From: Takakia lepidozioides
Taxonomy: Eukaryota > Plantae > Bryophyta
Direction of reading: 5' to 3'
Length of the DNA: 64,000 nucleotides
Assembly (NCBI GenBank): GCA_030704615.1
Contig: CM060733.1
Location: forward strand, 14,384,001 to 14,448,000
Both the position numbers and the translations under genes were made by a program. Position 1 is the first letter of the stretch. The number at the start of each line of letters is the position of its first letter. Under the pieces are notes generated by a model. The model ran no database searches. It was not told where the DNA came from and saw only the letters and a program-made list of their open reading frames with translations. Positions 13,790-27,156 of this stretch are shown piece by piece.

Positions 13790-14815
13790 TTGTGCAATCG
13801 GCTACTTTGTGGCAGACACTTTGGGCATAGACAACCAATTCACACTTTGTGTCTAGCATGAGTTTGCGGGCAACGATATAGTTGTGTGAGGAACTAGCAA
13901 GTTGCCGAAGGAAGAAAGATGGGGCAGTCGCAGGTGTAGAGATGCCACTGAGTAATGGCGAATTGAGTCATAGCCTGCACATGTGATTATTCTAGGTGGG
14001 TTGGAAGAGTGGTTGGACGTGGTTGCGACAGGCACAAGGATCAGAGGGTAGATCTGCCACAGAACCAGGCACCATTGCAGAGTGGTCGAGGCACTCATAC
14101 TTCCGTGCACTGAAGCAGGGTTTCCACATAGTCTACGGGCTTGAAGAAAGGCTCCAGCTAGGGATCACTCAATTTGGCCAAGGTGAGGTGTTGCTAAGGG
14201 GAAATGAGCTCCACGGCCTCCATGTCTACATTTTTTTTAGCTCCATCACTGAGCTTCCTTTTCTTCATTGGCATAACGCAGCCGGGGCCCAGCAGGCGGG
14301 CTTCAGTGTAAGAACGTTGCCGCACTTCCTCAGCAGACCGAGCGACGGCATGCGCACCCCTACACTTTGCAGTGATTTCTTTTGCGGCCTTAGACGAACT
14401 TGGCTTTGGCCAAGGCTTGAAGTTCTCAGGGACCATACCTTTGCATCCTCTATCAAGGGCATGTCGGTTTAGAGTCTCTTTGTCCTTGACAATATCGGGG
14501 CAAAAAGGGACACTGAAACCGATCCTTTGGCCAGTTCTCATTCTCCTTCACTACGGGTAAGTCCAAAAATGCTTCTACTATTTTAACATCGTACTCACTT
14601 GGCTCATACCAGTACCTTCTCTTGGGCTTTGTGGCAAGATGCATGCACCTAATCGGCTCCACCCTTTGGGCAAGCTTCTTCCATGGCTGCAACATAAGGA
14701 GGAATTGCGTCAGAGACGGTCTGCTGAATGCAAATGAAGAAGAGCAAGCAAAAAAAGAAATGAAGGTCTCGCGGTGAAGAAGTCTGGTGAAGCTGATACA
14801 TTTGCACTTCGGCAA
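13790..14815 (-). pseudogene. Disrupted spliced gene with a C2HC/C2H2-like zinc finger, probably transposon-borne
   Basis: Correcting one extra T in a T5 run (14502-14506) gives FQCPFCPDIVKDKETLNRHALDRGC. The frame reads on through two TAG stops (14194, 14158) to a GAA|GTATGA donor (14100) and an in-phase CAG| acceptor (13974). Confidence 0.5.
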
Positions 14816-15885
14816 CGACGGGCACGCAGCCTTTCAAGAGCGGGGGGGGGGGCGCTACAAACGAATTGTCGAGTCTAAGAGGCAGAAACCGTGAAGCACA
14901 ACACAACGTGCAGAAGCAAAGTGGAGAGATGCGAAAGACGCAAGAGGAGGAAGAGGCGAGGACCCCAACGTAACGGCTCATTTCTAAGCGTGACATGAGC
15001 ATGTGTACGGCCGCCGAGGCCATGCACACGTGCGGAGGAGGCTATGCACGTCGTACAGGCAGCCACGGCCCATTGGACTGCCGCTGAAACATCAAACGTC
15101 CCGGCGGCACAATAATGGCCGCCGTCAAGGTCTTCCATGGTCTACCCTAAGTCCTTCCGCCATGCCAGTCAATCGGATCTATTAATCGGGTCTGCCGTAC
15201 GGTATGCCGAACGGTATGCCGAACGGGTCTATCAAAAGGGTCTGCCGTGCAGGTTTGTGGCACTGGTCTGTCGCATTCGTCTGGCAAAGATCGTCTGCAC
15301 TCGGTCTGCCGTCGGGGTCTGACCAGAGTTCTCCAGGCTAGTCTGTTGGTTCGGTCTTCTCGTCTGGACTGGCGTGGTGCACTCTTCTCTTCTTCTGCTC
15401 TGCCCATCTGGTCTGCCCTCTGTTTGCAGTGTGTCCCCACCCGTTTCACCATTTCAATGGTTCCCCAGCTGGGTCTCTACATCCCTGCACTGTCATGGTA
15501 ACATTTGGAAGGTCCACTAGTTCGGTGCACAAAAAAATTCCGCCACACATGCCCATTTCGTCTTGCATCGATGCGTCCACCTGCAAACGACATCCAAGAG
15601 ACGGAACTCGGGAAGAAATCTGAATTTTATACCGCCAGCCATGCACATATGCTTCCGCTATTTTTGCAATGCCATTCTACACATGCTATATGGAGGACAA
15701 GCCTCGAACAAGATAGTGTGACAAGGGAAAGGCCGATTCTCAATTGTTGTCCGCTAAAATGAGTCGTACTTGTTAGTAAAGACCTAAATACTTCCATTCA
15801 AGTCTGCACTGTAAACTCAATGTAAACAAGGACGTCTTCCCCGCGCTCAAACAGTCCCACGAATAGACAAATAACAAAGCAAATA

Positions 15886-16561
15886 CTCGGGGCGGTCACT
15901 CCCTATCTAGTTTCCCAGGCACGTAAGGCAAACAGGCATTTTCTATGGGGGTATTAATTTATTTTCTGAATTTTTGGCCACCCTATTATTACATAATTTT
16001 GTAATATGGCATATTTTCTTGCAGGCTATATTATTTATATTTTATAGCAGGTAAAAAATATTAGACACCCTATATTAACTTGAAAATAAAATAAAATAAA
16101 TTTACGGGGTAATGAATTTTTTATTTGCTGGAAACAAATTCATCCAAAGTAGATGCATCAGCATCATTTAAAGTATAAAGGTTCCGAGCAAAATAAAATA
16201 GTAACTGAACTAATAATTGAATCTATGTCTATCCACTTGCTTCAGTTACATCATATTTGAATTTCAAATGCCCTCAGGAGAGAGGGAAGCCTAGGGTTGC
16301 TGTGCACATGCGCCTACGCCCTCTCCGCTGCGTGTCACTGAATGACATGTGTCCATTTAATTTATCTCCACCCTATATTAGTTTTAACTTTTTTAAATAC
16401 GTCTTTATTTTGGACCCTATTTTAATTTAAATGTGGTGCCGCCAATATATTAGTACCCTATAGTATTCTAAATGTATTCTAAATTTTATTTTCTCAAAAT
16501 TTTCGGCACCCTATATTTTTTTGCACATCAAGTGGTAATATTTGGAAGTGACATCCCCTTG
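15886..16561. mobile_element. AT-rich hAT-like MITE
   Basis: Imperfect TIRs CTCGGGGCGGTCACT / AGTGACATCCCCTTG; 8-bp TSD AGCAAATA at 15878-15885 and 16562-16569; internal repeated ACCCTAT motif. Confidence 0.72.
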
Positions 16562-16789
16562 AGCAAATATAGTAGAAGCATATGAACAAAAAAGGCTGTG
16601 GCTTGAAACGATGGAACTCCGACGTTGCCATGAGAGTCCATGGAGTCATGCAAAGGGATTCTTCACAACCGGACGAGTTTGTTGGTTCTAAACAGTCAAA
16701 CAACAAACAGCAGTAAGCAACAACGACACACAATAGGCAACAGAGAAAAGAGCAAAAGGGGCCTGAGGAGATCGGCGAGTGCCATGGCA

Positions 16790-17069
16790 TGCCCTAAATC
16801 CGGACGGTCTGGATAAAACCGGATCTGGACGGGCATATGCGCGCCACGTAGGTCTGGGTCTGCTGTGCTGGTTTGGGCGGTCTGCCGGACGACATGCACC
16901 ACCAGCGGGCAGACCCACTGGGACCGATGGCGGGCGGACCCAGCGGCGAGGGCGGGCGGGCCGGGGCGACCGCGCTGCGCGGCTGGCAGGTGGGGGGCGG
17001 GGGAGGGCGACCCCGCGTCTGTGTCCCATAGGCACGACATAAACTCCCAATTATTCAAAAATGAGAGGC
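16790..17069. mobile_element. Orphan right terminus of a MULE of the 10403-10989 family
   Basis: CCCAATTATTCAAAAATGAGAGGC (17046-17069) reverse-complements to GCCTCTCATTTTTGAATAATTGGG, nearly identical to the MITE TIR. It is preceded by GC-rich GGTCTG/CAGACC subterminal motifs like those inside the MITE. Confidence 0.65.
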
Positions 17070-19686
17070 ATTTACATATGGCCCTTGTGGCGATTATGAA
17101 AAGGTGAAAAGAAAAACACAATGTACAACAAGGGCACGTCTGAGGTAGAGCAGAAGAGAGTGACAATGAGATAGGGAGCAAGCTAGAGGGAGATAAATGG
17201 GGCATGATGGAGTCTTCTAGAAGGCTACTCTACCCCCCGAAACCCCTATTTCCACTTGCACACTAGCTACAAAAAGAATAGTCTCATGCACTCCCTCCGT
17301 TGGACCACACAAAGGCCATCCGCAAATTAATTATGGACTGCGGTACCTATTTATTTTAATTTTAAAGCCTGTTCCGTGGCCTTCCAAGTCCTCCAAAGGT
17401 GGATCTCTGTTGGTTGCTTTACTTACATTCCCCACAAATATTCACCGAGACGGTAGACGGTACATATGGTAAAAGGAAGCTGTCCCCTTTCTTTAATTAA
17501 AAAAATTAAAAAAAAAAAAAAATAAAGCACACCAAAACAACTCCTCTTCCCCCACCTCAAGCAATCGGACCTTGCATAGTGGTGTCCGAGGATTTGCAGG
17601 CACTAGGAATAAGGTAAGGACTTAATGCACTGGTGCCATCCGACGGTACTTTCGCCGGATTTCCCCAGCCTGGGCTCCTCTGGCAGGGCCCCTGTTAAAT
17701 CCTCCCAACCGTCGCCTTAGTGTAACCCCGACTGGAGTTACACTCCCCAACGTGTAACCCCGAATTAAGTTATACTCCCTTCAATTCCATGTCACTCTCA
17801 AGAGATGGTGGGAAGATTTGACATGCTAGAAACCTGCATACTGTCCTGTCAGAGGTTGCATTTGAGTCTTGTGCATTAAGATCTTACCTCATTCCTAGTG
17901 TTCTCCGTACATGAAACTGGGTTTTCCTTGAATGTAGCGCAGAAAGCTTAGGCTGATTAACATTAACCGGATATGGATATGCCTGTAACCTCATCGAGAT
18001 GGCACCTACTGACAATCTGCCAGCTAAACCCATGAAGGTCTATATTGTGAGCACCGATGGCAGCGCACTGTGTTTACTAAGAAAAGCTGTGTCATTCAGT
18101 GCTACAGGGAATGAAGGCCACTTCAGTTACCAGTAGCTTGTTTTCAATTATGTTTGGCAGCGGAAGTGCTTAATGGAGGCGCATGAATATAGTAGGAAGG
18201 TCCGAGTGCTTGCAGTTGAGGTCATTACAGAAGTGGCTTGCATGCTAAAAAGCTAACGCTGCGTTATGTCAGTGGGTGTGAGTGGACAGAGCCATAAAGG
18301 ATACATTCTGCTTTCAAAGTGCAAGTGATATCTACTTGGAAGGTTCAACACTCTGGCCTCAAATGTCCTATTCGTACTGCCTTTACGTACTACGGAGTTC
18401 GGACTTTATGATAGCTGTTATCAGTTTCATATATACGAATTTCTTCAGAGTCCACAAAGCATCATCTAGTTCCGAGCATCATGCCAACATAACTTAGTAC
18501 TTCAAAAATCTCACAGGTTTTATGAGTTCTCACGATGCTTACCTGGTAAGACTCGAGGTTATATTTTGGAAGACTGAAATCCGATGGATTGCTAATAGGA
18601 CTCCGCCTTTTTCTCGAGTTCGAAACCTCTGGTAAGGTGAACGCGGGATAGGAGTGATGACGGACATGACGAGCTTACAACGTGGGTGCTGTCATTCACA
18701 TCCTCCAAGCTGTCAGACTTCATGACTTTACAGAACTAGTTTGCAGTTTGTCATAATTTTGTCTCAACACGTTAAGTATCTTCAATCTCGCCGCCATTAA
18801 ACACTTTCGCTGTCACAATAATGTACAACGCCCTCTACCGTCTCTCTTGCTTGCTTGGCTGGTGGCCATTTGCTTGTGCCAGGGTAGTACCTTGAATGTG
18901 GAGGTATTTGTGATTTTGCTTTCGGGTGCTGATCATGCGCTTTTGTCTGAGTCCCTATCTATTTGCTGTATAGACGTATTGGTATATACGAGGACATGGC
19001 ACATGTAGTGCTGTCAAACTTCTCAGTCAGTTTTTCTAGTATTCAAAAGCAAAGCTCGACACGGCTTCATTGACTGTCAAGTAACTTCTTTCTGTGGACC
19101 GGCCCCTGTCAGGCTTGTACCATGGATGTTCACACAAGAGAGTAAAGGAGATCATGTATGATTTTCATTTAGAAGTCAACAACTTCCATAATTTGAAGCC
19201 AGAGATCATGCAGGGCTGCTTCCACAAGCAACTGACCATCTGGATTCTGGAAGACTCTTGAAAGGAGAACATCACCTTACATCAATTTACTACGAATTTT
19301 CTGAACTGGTGGAACCACCCCAATGTCTCTCTAGTTATCTCAGAGGCCCCAGGAGGTTTTTGCAAGCTTGCAACGTGTGTGATCAGATTGGAGGAGATCC
19401 ATTCCGCCGCGAATGTTCACAGGTGTTATGGCTCCAAATATTGGACAGGCTAAATAATCATCAAGACGTGATTTGATTCATACAATTCGACGAGGATGAT
19501 GGACTAGAAATTTTTCTGAACTAAAGCTCAAAGCAGAGCTCCACCCTCATTTATCCGGAACACTCTCCTGACATGGCCGGTTGTAGCCCTCATATTCAGC
19601 CGAGGTACATAGCCTTCTGTCGAACTAATTCATATCAACAAATTTGGAAATTCTAAAAAGGCGTGACTTATCGTCTTCGCCTCCAC

Positions 19687-21159
19687 CTATGGATTCACTT
19701 GATGACAGTTCGTTCTAACCTGGCCTTGTGTCAAGACACGGGCAGAAGTTAGCTTTATATAAGCTCCTGAGAAAGCCGTGTAGAACGCCTCCTGATCGCC
19801 TGCAAAATTCGCTACGAAGCCCGAGGTTCTAGGATCTTTAGCAATTTCTGCATCAATGGTGAAGAGACCACGCCCGTTCATGAGATCTCTGTAGTACTGG
19901 TTGTCGAACACCACATTTGTCAAGTCGTTGGGAATGATAGTTGCGTTTGTCAATGGTGGCTGTGTGGGGCAGAAAGCATGCAGCTGGCCACCGAACAAAG
20001 TTCCCTCTAGTTGTGGTTCAGTCGCTGGATACAGTCGGTTTTGCACATTTACACAATGCCCTACCCCTAAAGTATGCGATCCTGCATCACCAGTCGCAAA
20101 CACAATCTTCTCAGTACTTCACCTCCAAAGGACTCTGAACACTTGTGTCCCCAGCACATGCTGAGAAGATTGTCAAGCCCAAAAGACTGAAGACTTCAGA
20201 GGAGAGGAGGCATGCAACGGAGGAAAGGAATACGGACCTAATATCGCAACACTCTCTTCGACGCTCATGCCAAACGATGCGAAGTCATTGAGGAAATTGT
20301 CCACGCTAACAGTCGCAGGTGGCAGCTGGGCGTCAGCATTGCGGTTGCTGGCAAATGTTGCATCCTTTCTCCCCAAGAGAATTGGGATTGCGGGGCCACC
20401 TGCGAATTCTACCGCATCTCGGCCTGCCATGGCAATGATGTCTGCACAAGAAACTGTATTGGGACACATGATCTCAAGAGCAGTCTTGACGCGGTCTATG
20501 AAATCAAGCCTTCGGATACCGAAATTTTTATCTGCCACCAATTCACTTGTAATAGCGCCATTCGAGTCGAGCATTATTGACGCATCACAACCGGCCTGCA
20601 CACCCCAGAATGTGCCGAAGGCTTAGTTACTCGTCAAACCAGAAGGATCATATATTACGTGACAGCGTTCTACAGAATGTAGACTAATTATGCATGCTTG
20701 AACTCAATTTAAGTTCAGGTGCAGAACAATCTACCTCAAAGAAATGGTACTTTCCTGGCACTACGATGCAACTCAAACAGAAAGGGTTGAAGCTATTGGA
20801 AATGCGTAAACGGTACGAGAGTTGCACATTAGGAGAAGACGATGGGTCATCAGGAAGTAGTGTACTATCAACAACAGCATACGCACATCCCATAAACAGT
20901 GCCATCAAGTAAGACAGACATCCAAGGCTCCAGGACGCAAGCGTACCCCAACTATACAATCGTGAAAGGCCAATCGCAGAACGGAAGCAGAAGAGGTGAC
21001 GTCCGTCACAAAGCTAGCAGTCAACGTGGCTGAAGTGATCGCTTCTGCCATGGAACAAGTCTGGGCATAGTAGCCAACCTGAAGCTGGCCTGATGTGTTG
21101 CTAATGCAGAGCGCGGAAACTATTACCAAGGCAACTTTGTGCCATACTTCATACTTCAT
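19687..21159 (-). CDS. Class III secretory peroxidase; exons 21159-20947, 20595-20238, 20081-19687
   Basis: Signal peptide; distal RLAFHDC; GCDAS; CPNTVSCADI; LGRKD; proximal GSHTLGVGHC; FDNQYY; GQVRTNC. Canonical GT-AG introns in phase. Confidence 0.96.
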
Positions 21160-22432
21160 GCCGAACAGCTATGTTAATTTCTCACGAAGCGCGAATGAAC
21201 TACGTTGAAGAAAGCTCGGGTGCCTTGTGGGTCGACCTTCACTAAACAAGGTCTTCCGAGCTCTGCCGCCGGTCCGAAGCAGTTCTCCAGACCGACCCTG
21301 TACGACTAGAATCTCTCTCCTGCTCACCCTCCCTGTATCGGACTACAGGCAGAGTCTCTGTGGCTCTCTATTCGAGAGATTGTAGGCGAACCCACAACCC
21401 AGGCCTCTCAGGTCTTCCCCTGCGCGGTGCGGCCAAACTACAAAGTACACACAGCTGCGCGTGCTTTATCCCTCAAGCACACGCGCTCTCTGTGTCAGTC
21501 AGTCTAAAGTGTCTAAAGTATCTAAATGTCTGAAGGCCTCAGCTCACAACAAGCACAGGCCAGGTCTCTCTGAGCTATGTTATCGACCCTGAGCTCTCAA
21601 TCCGCAGTGTCTTGTGTCTTCCCGTCTCTTGCACAATGTCAGTAATGTTGCTCAGTGCGGGGTTTCCTTTCAAATGATGAAGTCTTGAATGAGGAGAGAG
21701 GGCAATTAAGTAGGGGCCCAAGCACGTGTGATGCTGTGCCTTGAGGAAGGTCCTCTTCTTTATTCCTCTTCACCCACTGCATCATTGTGGCACTGCCACT
21801 TCCTTCCCTGGGATGCTACACTCGAAATTTCTACATAGAGGTATTTGATCTCTTCTGCGCAGGCTGTCATCAGCGCGGGATAATCATCTTTTTTTAGCAC
21901 AAGTGCCTAATTAGGCTTTTCGACTTTCCACAATTTCTGTATCTGCATTCATGGCATCGTACGCCATCCAGGTACACACACCGGGATCGACTCCTTCACA
22001 TCAAACGGTTCGGATCCATTCATCTGAAGAATAATCCATTATCCTCAGAACCCAAGTCGGATGAAGTGGCGACAAGAAAGGTCATGTTTCCCAACCAACC
22101 CACTGTTCCTTCACTTTCCATTTTGCTGTCCGGAAGCGACACCTACCCTCTCCTTTACCCACATTGTGTCTTGCACATCGACTCTGCAGTTCCACCACCA
22201 CCGGATATGAATATTACAATTGTCCAAAGTCCAAACCCATTTCATATACAATTGAATAAGACACTGCGTCGTGAGATTGCGGATTGGAACACAAACAAAC
22301 GTGAATGCACAAATTGCCATGTTGGTGGCATGTCGTTGCAGGCGTTGTTGAATGATCAAAGTAGTGTGTGCTTCTATCTGTAAAGAAAAGACAGGAAGCG
22401 AGAAAACCTGAAGTAACTGATAGGTTAGGGTA

Positions 22433-23243
22433 CCGTACTTACCTAGCTTATTAGGCAATAATTAATTCAAAATCAGGTGCCTAACTATATTTAGAACATT
22501 TTTGGAAAATGTGCATAAAACCTGGGAAAACTCCTGAGAAGTGCCTAATTGCTCAAAATTGCTCAAAAATCCAAAATGTCCAAACAAGTGGAAAAAATGC
22601 CTAAATTATTTTATTTAAAGTCCAAAAAATGGCAAAAATACCTACAATTTAGATTTTCCATGTCCATACAACTTCCAAAGGGCCCTGCAACATCTTTATA
22701 AGTCTCATCACCTACCTCATGTGAATCTTCTGATTCTGAGAGAAGGTTAAGGTCAGGAACATCATGATCCTCGATATGCATGTTTGCAAGACATCAGCTA
22801 ATGCTCTCAATGACACTTCCATCAAGGTAGACGTCAGGAACATCCTCCATGGCAAGATCTCCTTCCACTTGGGTGTTTGGGTTTGAAAACAAAGAAAATG
22901 TAAAATTGGCTCTCATTGCCTCACCTTGAAAGGCATCTTCAAATGCTTGTAAAATTCCACAAAGTCTCCAACTTGACAAAATCATCTCCTGTTGGCACTT
23001 CACCTCCCCAAGACTCATACAACCAACATTATGTGTTTTTTAAATAAAATAACCTCAACCATAGTTTTTGAGGGAGGTCAAAAACAATTGTTCATCATTA
23101 TCCAGGGTCGACTGAAATACATGCCTAATATTTGGAAATTATCTAGTTGAGGTGCCTAAATAATAAAAACGAATCTGCCTAATAATATTCTATTTTTATT
23201 AATTATTATGCGCGGAAGTGTCTAATAAGCTAGGTGAGTACGG
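22433..23243 (-). mobile_element. pogo-like (Tc1/mariner) internal-deletion derivative
   Basis: TIRs CCGTACTTACCTAGCTTATTAG / CTAATAAGCTAGGTGAGTACGG; TA TSD on both sides. Internal minus-strand remnant EMILSSWRLCGI plus an acidic tail resembles a pogo transposase C-terminus. Repeated TGCCTAA motifs. Confidence 0.85.
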
Positions 23244-25281
23244 TAGTATGCAAGCGACATACACTTGGATGTACTTCCATCCATAGTTAAGTGAAAAACT
23301 CATAATATTAAACAAGTGCTTATGTCATCTTATAGATTTTTATCCTCTTCTGTGATTACGTTTCCATCAACTTTTTAGTTTATTGTCCAATCAAATGGTG
23401 TACTTGAGGAAGGTACAACAGGATCAAACAGCCTCGTCTCCTCCTGTAAGGAGGAGCCAACAAACACTCTTGTTCAGACAAATCTGATGAGATTCCTGAC
23501 TCTGGAGTGTTGGTGTACTGAAGTCAATGAAGCATTTTGAATGGTCCTCTAGGATAATGGCCTAGTAGCTCCAAACTTCACATACTTACATGCCTGTACC
23601 TTTCGACCAGTGTTCGTCTGGTATTGGGTCCAACCCCGGGTATTAATTGGGATGTCAGTCGATCAGTGGGGTAGCAGCCTGATCAATACCACGCAGTGCT
23701 CGAGGTTGCCCAGTACCAATACCAGCTCTACACTGGGCTCTTGACCTCGCAACACCACATCGGGAGATTTACTTCGCAGTTGTATAAGTGGTATTGGAGT
23801 GCAGAGGCTTGAATGATTGGTGCCAGTACAGTAAAGGGGGAAATTTTAGCACTCACACAGGTTTCATCAAGCTTCACAGCCGCCAGTAACATATAGAGGA
23901 AATGGCCGATTTCACACAGGAAGGGCCGTCAGGAAATAACCCTTCAAGACGAATACCCTGTCTACCCCTGACATCCTTCACCTCAGAGAGGGCAAACATC
24001 AAAAAAATATGCCCTGCAGGCTGCACTTTGGAAGGGCCCCTTCGATCCTCAACACTGGCAATGACCCTGAAGCCATTATCAGGCTGAATAACGCATCCAC
24101 GTGCGTTTGGCCTGGTGAGATTTATGGACAGTGACCACGTCACGTCACCACTTTAGCATTAAGCAGCCTGGGCCCCCTTGGGCCTCTTCAGCGTTGCAGC
24201 TGATGAATCACAGAGCGTGGTGAGGTCAGGTATTGATCACCGTGCACAAATGGAGGCTACCTCCTCTCATACATTCTCAGCTATTACCTAGAGACTAATA
24301 GAGAGCTTAGAGCTAACGTTATTGGGTGCGTGCACGGGGTTCGACAGGTGTTTGTCAGCTCCATTAGTTCCACCTGGCTCAGGCCGGCAAATAAGGCCTT
24401 TTCGCAATGAAGAGATTGGATTGAATCTTGATGAATTGCCAACTTCGAAGGGAAAACGTAACAACGAGATCCAAGGTAGGTACGTAGCGTATCATTGGAC
24501 GTCCATTAGTGAAATGAGATTTAATGTTGGTCTTCCTGCTCAATCGCTGATGAAGAGGAATAAGTTGCCTGTATATCTTCGAGGAAGAGAGATCGTAGTA
24601 TTGTCAATCCGTCGTAATTTTTACATATTACACTTGGGAATTTGAAATCTGGACTGGACCTGCTGCTTTTTAGCTTGCACAGTCTGGGTGGCGTTGAGTG
24701 GTATCCCTGTAGCATGCCTCACGGTCTTCTCAAGCTTATTTCTCCTTTCTTTTATCAATGGATGCCTATGTTGAACCAAAAAAAATCAATCAGAAAGTAT
24801 GATTGTTGGTACAGTAGCCTGCAGTTGGGATGAAACAGTACAGTGGGAGAAAGTCATCCTGACTCCTGACAGAACCAGCAGTGTTCAAATGGAAGTTCTC
24901 AAAGCTACGTCACCTCCCTCGCTCTCCCCTCGCTGCTGCTACGGGTATCATGTGAGTAGATAAAGAGCTAAGGCATAGCCGAACAGGTGATGGAGACTAT
25001 TTCAAGACAAGCAGACAAGACAAAAGCTTGCCCGACATAAAGTTGGGAGAAGAGACTGGAGATGGAAACTCATGAGATGTAAACTCAACAAACGAAGATA
25101 ATTACATTAGAACAATCAGTGTTGAGGTCCGATTGTGTCAGTGAAAATTGAAGATACCGTAAGTAACATAAGCAACCAATTACAAAGCCTACTGCTCAAA
25201 TACAATCCATAGAGGGCCAATGAACGATGGAAGGAACATTTGGGGAAAAAGAATTCAGCTTGCAACCTTGAGGGTACATAC

Positions 25282-26100
25282 CAGTGTTGGCCGGGTACCA
25301 TGTTTTGAGCCCTCTGTTTTGAGCCCTCTTCCGGTCCCGGTTATGGCCTACTCCTTGGGAAAAGTGGATGGGGGGTTAGGGTATAACAATAGGTTTGAAA
25401 AACATCTCGGTTACAGGTTCTCATTAAACACATGAATTTTTTCTTGTCCGGTTCTCAATCTACGGGTTATGCCATCTTAAAAATTGCGGGTTCCATGGTA
25501 CCGGTTATGGGATTCATCCATTTTTATATTCTTACTTTCTCTAGCATTTTTGTGTATGTGTGTAAGACTACAGGAGAGGGCTGTGGTATGGTGGTAAGCC
25601 ACTTGTGTATTGGCATGTGGGTCTTGGGTTCAAAAGTTCAACCCCTATCATCTATTCTCTGCCTTCAGGCTGCCCTGTAATACACTAAGTTTATAACTAT
25701 TGTTTTAGCCAAATGCCCAACTAATTAATTTCCTATTTACTTGGACATTCTCAATGTTGTGCACCTAATCTCCCCAACCATTGTAAAAGTATTGTTACTA
25801 ACTTAGTAAGACATAATCAGGATATGTCCATAGGCAATAATCTTAACTACCATCACCAACCCCTATACCAATATTATCTAGAACCGCCTCTACGCCTTCC
25901 ACATTTGCTCCGGATGCTGCTCCGGGTATAACACACTTACAATCACGATGCCGGTTCTCTAGCCGGTTAGGAAAGCTGGATGGCTTTTGCAGGTTCCCTT
26001 CCATAGCCGGTCCCTCGAGGGGCTGCACTTTCCGGGTATGCATATTTGCATAACTGGCAAATAACCGCCGGGCTCAACATGCCATACCCTGCCAACACTG
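25282..26100. mobile_element. hAT MITE
   Basis: TIRs CAGTGTTGGCCGGGTA / TACCCTGCCAACACTG; perfect 8-bp TSD GTACATAC (25274-25281, 26101-26108); CCGGTT-type subterminal repeats. Confidence 0.92.
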
Positions 26101-27156
26101 GTACATACGGACATACATTTGGTATCGCGAGGTGATAAATTGAGAAACCTTCACCTGGGGAATCTAGAACTTCTTCCGTGATGAAAGATTTAAGAGACTT
26201 ATTATCGCTGCAGCCTGCCGTGCAGTCAGACAACTATCTAACCCAACTGACAAGCACTTTCTAGAGGGTTTTGGTGGAAGACACGTGGTCAGGATCACCA
26301 TAATAGAGCCTGCACCGTAGTGATATCCCTGCAGACGTGCACTCTGCAAAGCAATCACGCAGTACTGCTGTCGGTTGCTCAAGAAGGTCCTCACGAAACT
26401 GCTCGCATTGGGTACTGGACTTTCTTCTTAGTTCTACAACACTTTCACCTACTGCATTGCGTTACTATTCTACTTTCACGGATTGGTATGTTTCTAGTTG
26501 TTGTATGAGCAAGGATCGGGCCCCACAGGGTCTATATAGACTGTTGCATTTCATCATCCACCACTAAATGCCTGTTTAAATGGGAGTAATGAGCTGGGGA
26601 TGCAGAAAGTAAGCTATCCAAACTTTTCTCTTCTCTCTCCTGTCCAAAATCTCGCCATGAATGTTGAGGCTGTTACCGTACACTGTTGTTTTTTCTGGGG
26701 CGACCTGGCAAGTGACAGAGGTAGTGAATGGTGCTAGGCTGGCGGGATTTGCCTCCCGCCATTCACTACCGCTGCTTTCTTTCTTCCATTTAAAGTCGCT
26801 GGCGGGGCTACTCGTGTATTCTAACTAACTCCCATGTGGCGAAATACGCTGGCGCCTCTAGATAGAAGGCTACATTACAGGTGGCATGATCTGACAGGCC
26901 CAGAATGGTCGATCAGGCGCCATTGTAATCCGCGACTGGTTGGCGATTGTTCTGGAGGTTACGCCGTATAATTCCTTTGTACATGTAGCTGACCCATTTG
27001 TCAGTTCGAAATCTGGCCACATTTAAAAACAAAAAAAATAAAAACAACTAAAAAATCACAGCCCGCCAGCTAGTTTTGGTAAATGGAAAAAAATAAATAA
27101 AAAAATAAAATAAAAATTTGTTGTTAAAAAGAAAAATAAAAATAAAAAGAAAATAA

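Noticed and set aside
17719-17778. Two tandem GTGTAAC...GTTA(C/T)AC hairpins as a Helitron 3' end
   Set aside because: No CTRR terminus at the expected distance.
17900-18380. 2-oxoglutarate dioxygenase-like remnants (EYSRKVRVLAVEV; KDTF...LWP)
   Set aside because: Short, out of order and lacking the HxD...H motif; cannot be supported without a search.
21170-21820. LTR-like sequence just upstream of the peroxidase
   Set aside because: Composition is suggestive, but no termini or TSD could be defined.
23686-23797. Imperfect hairpin as a pre-miRNA
   Set aside because: Stems are short and interrupted; no continuous ~21-bp duplex.
26720-26770. 12-bp inverted repeat GGTAGTGAATGG/CCATTCACTACC
   Set aside because: Isolated; probably part of a decayed TE, and no function can be supported.
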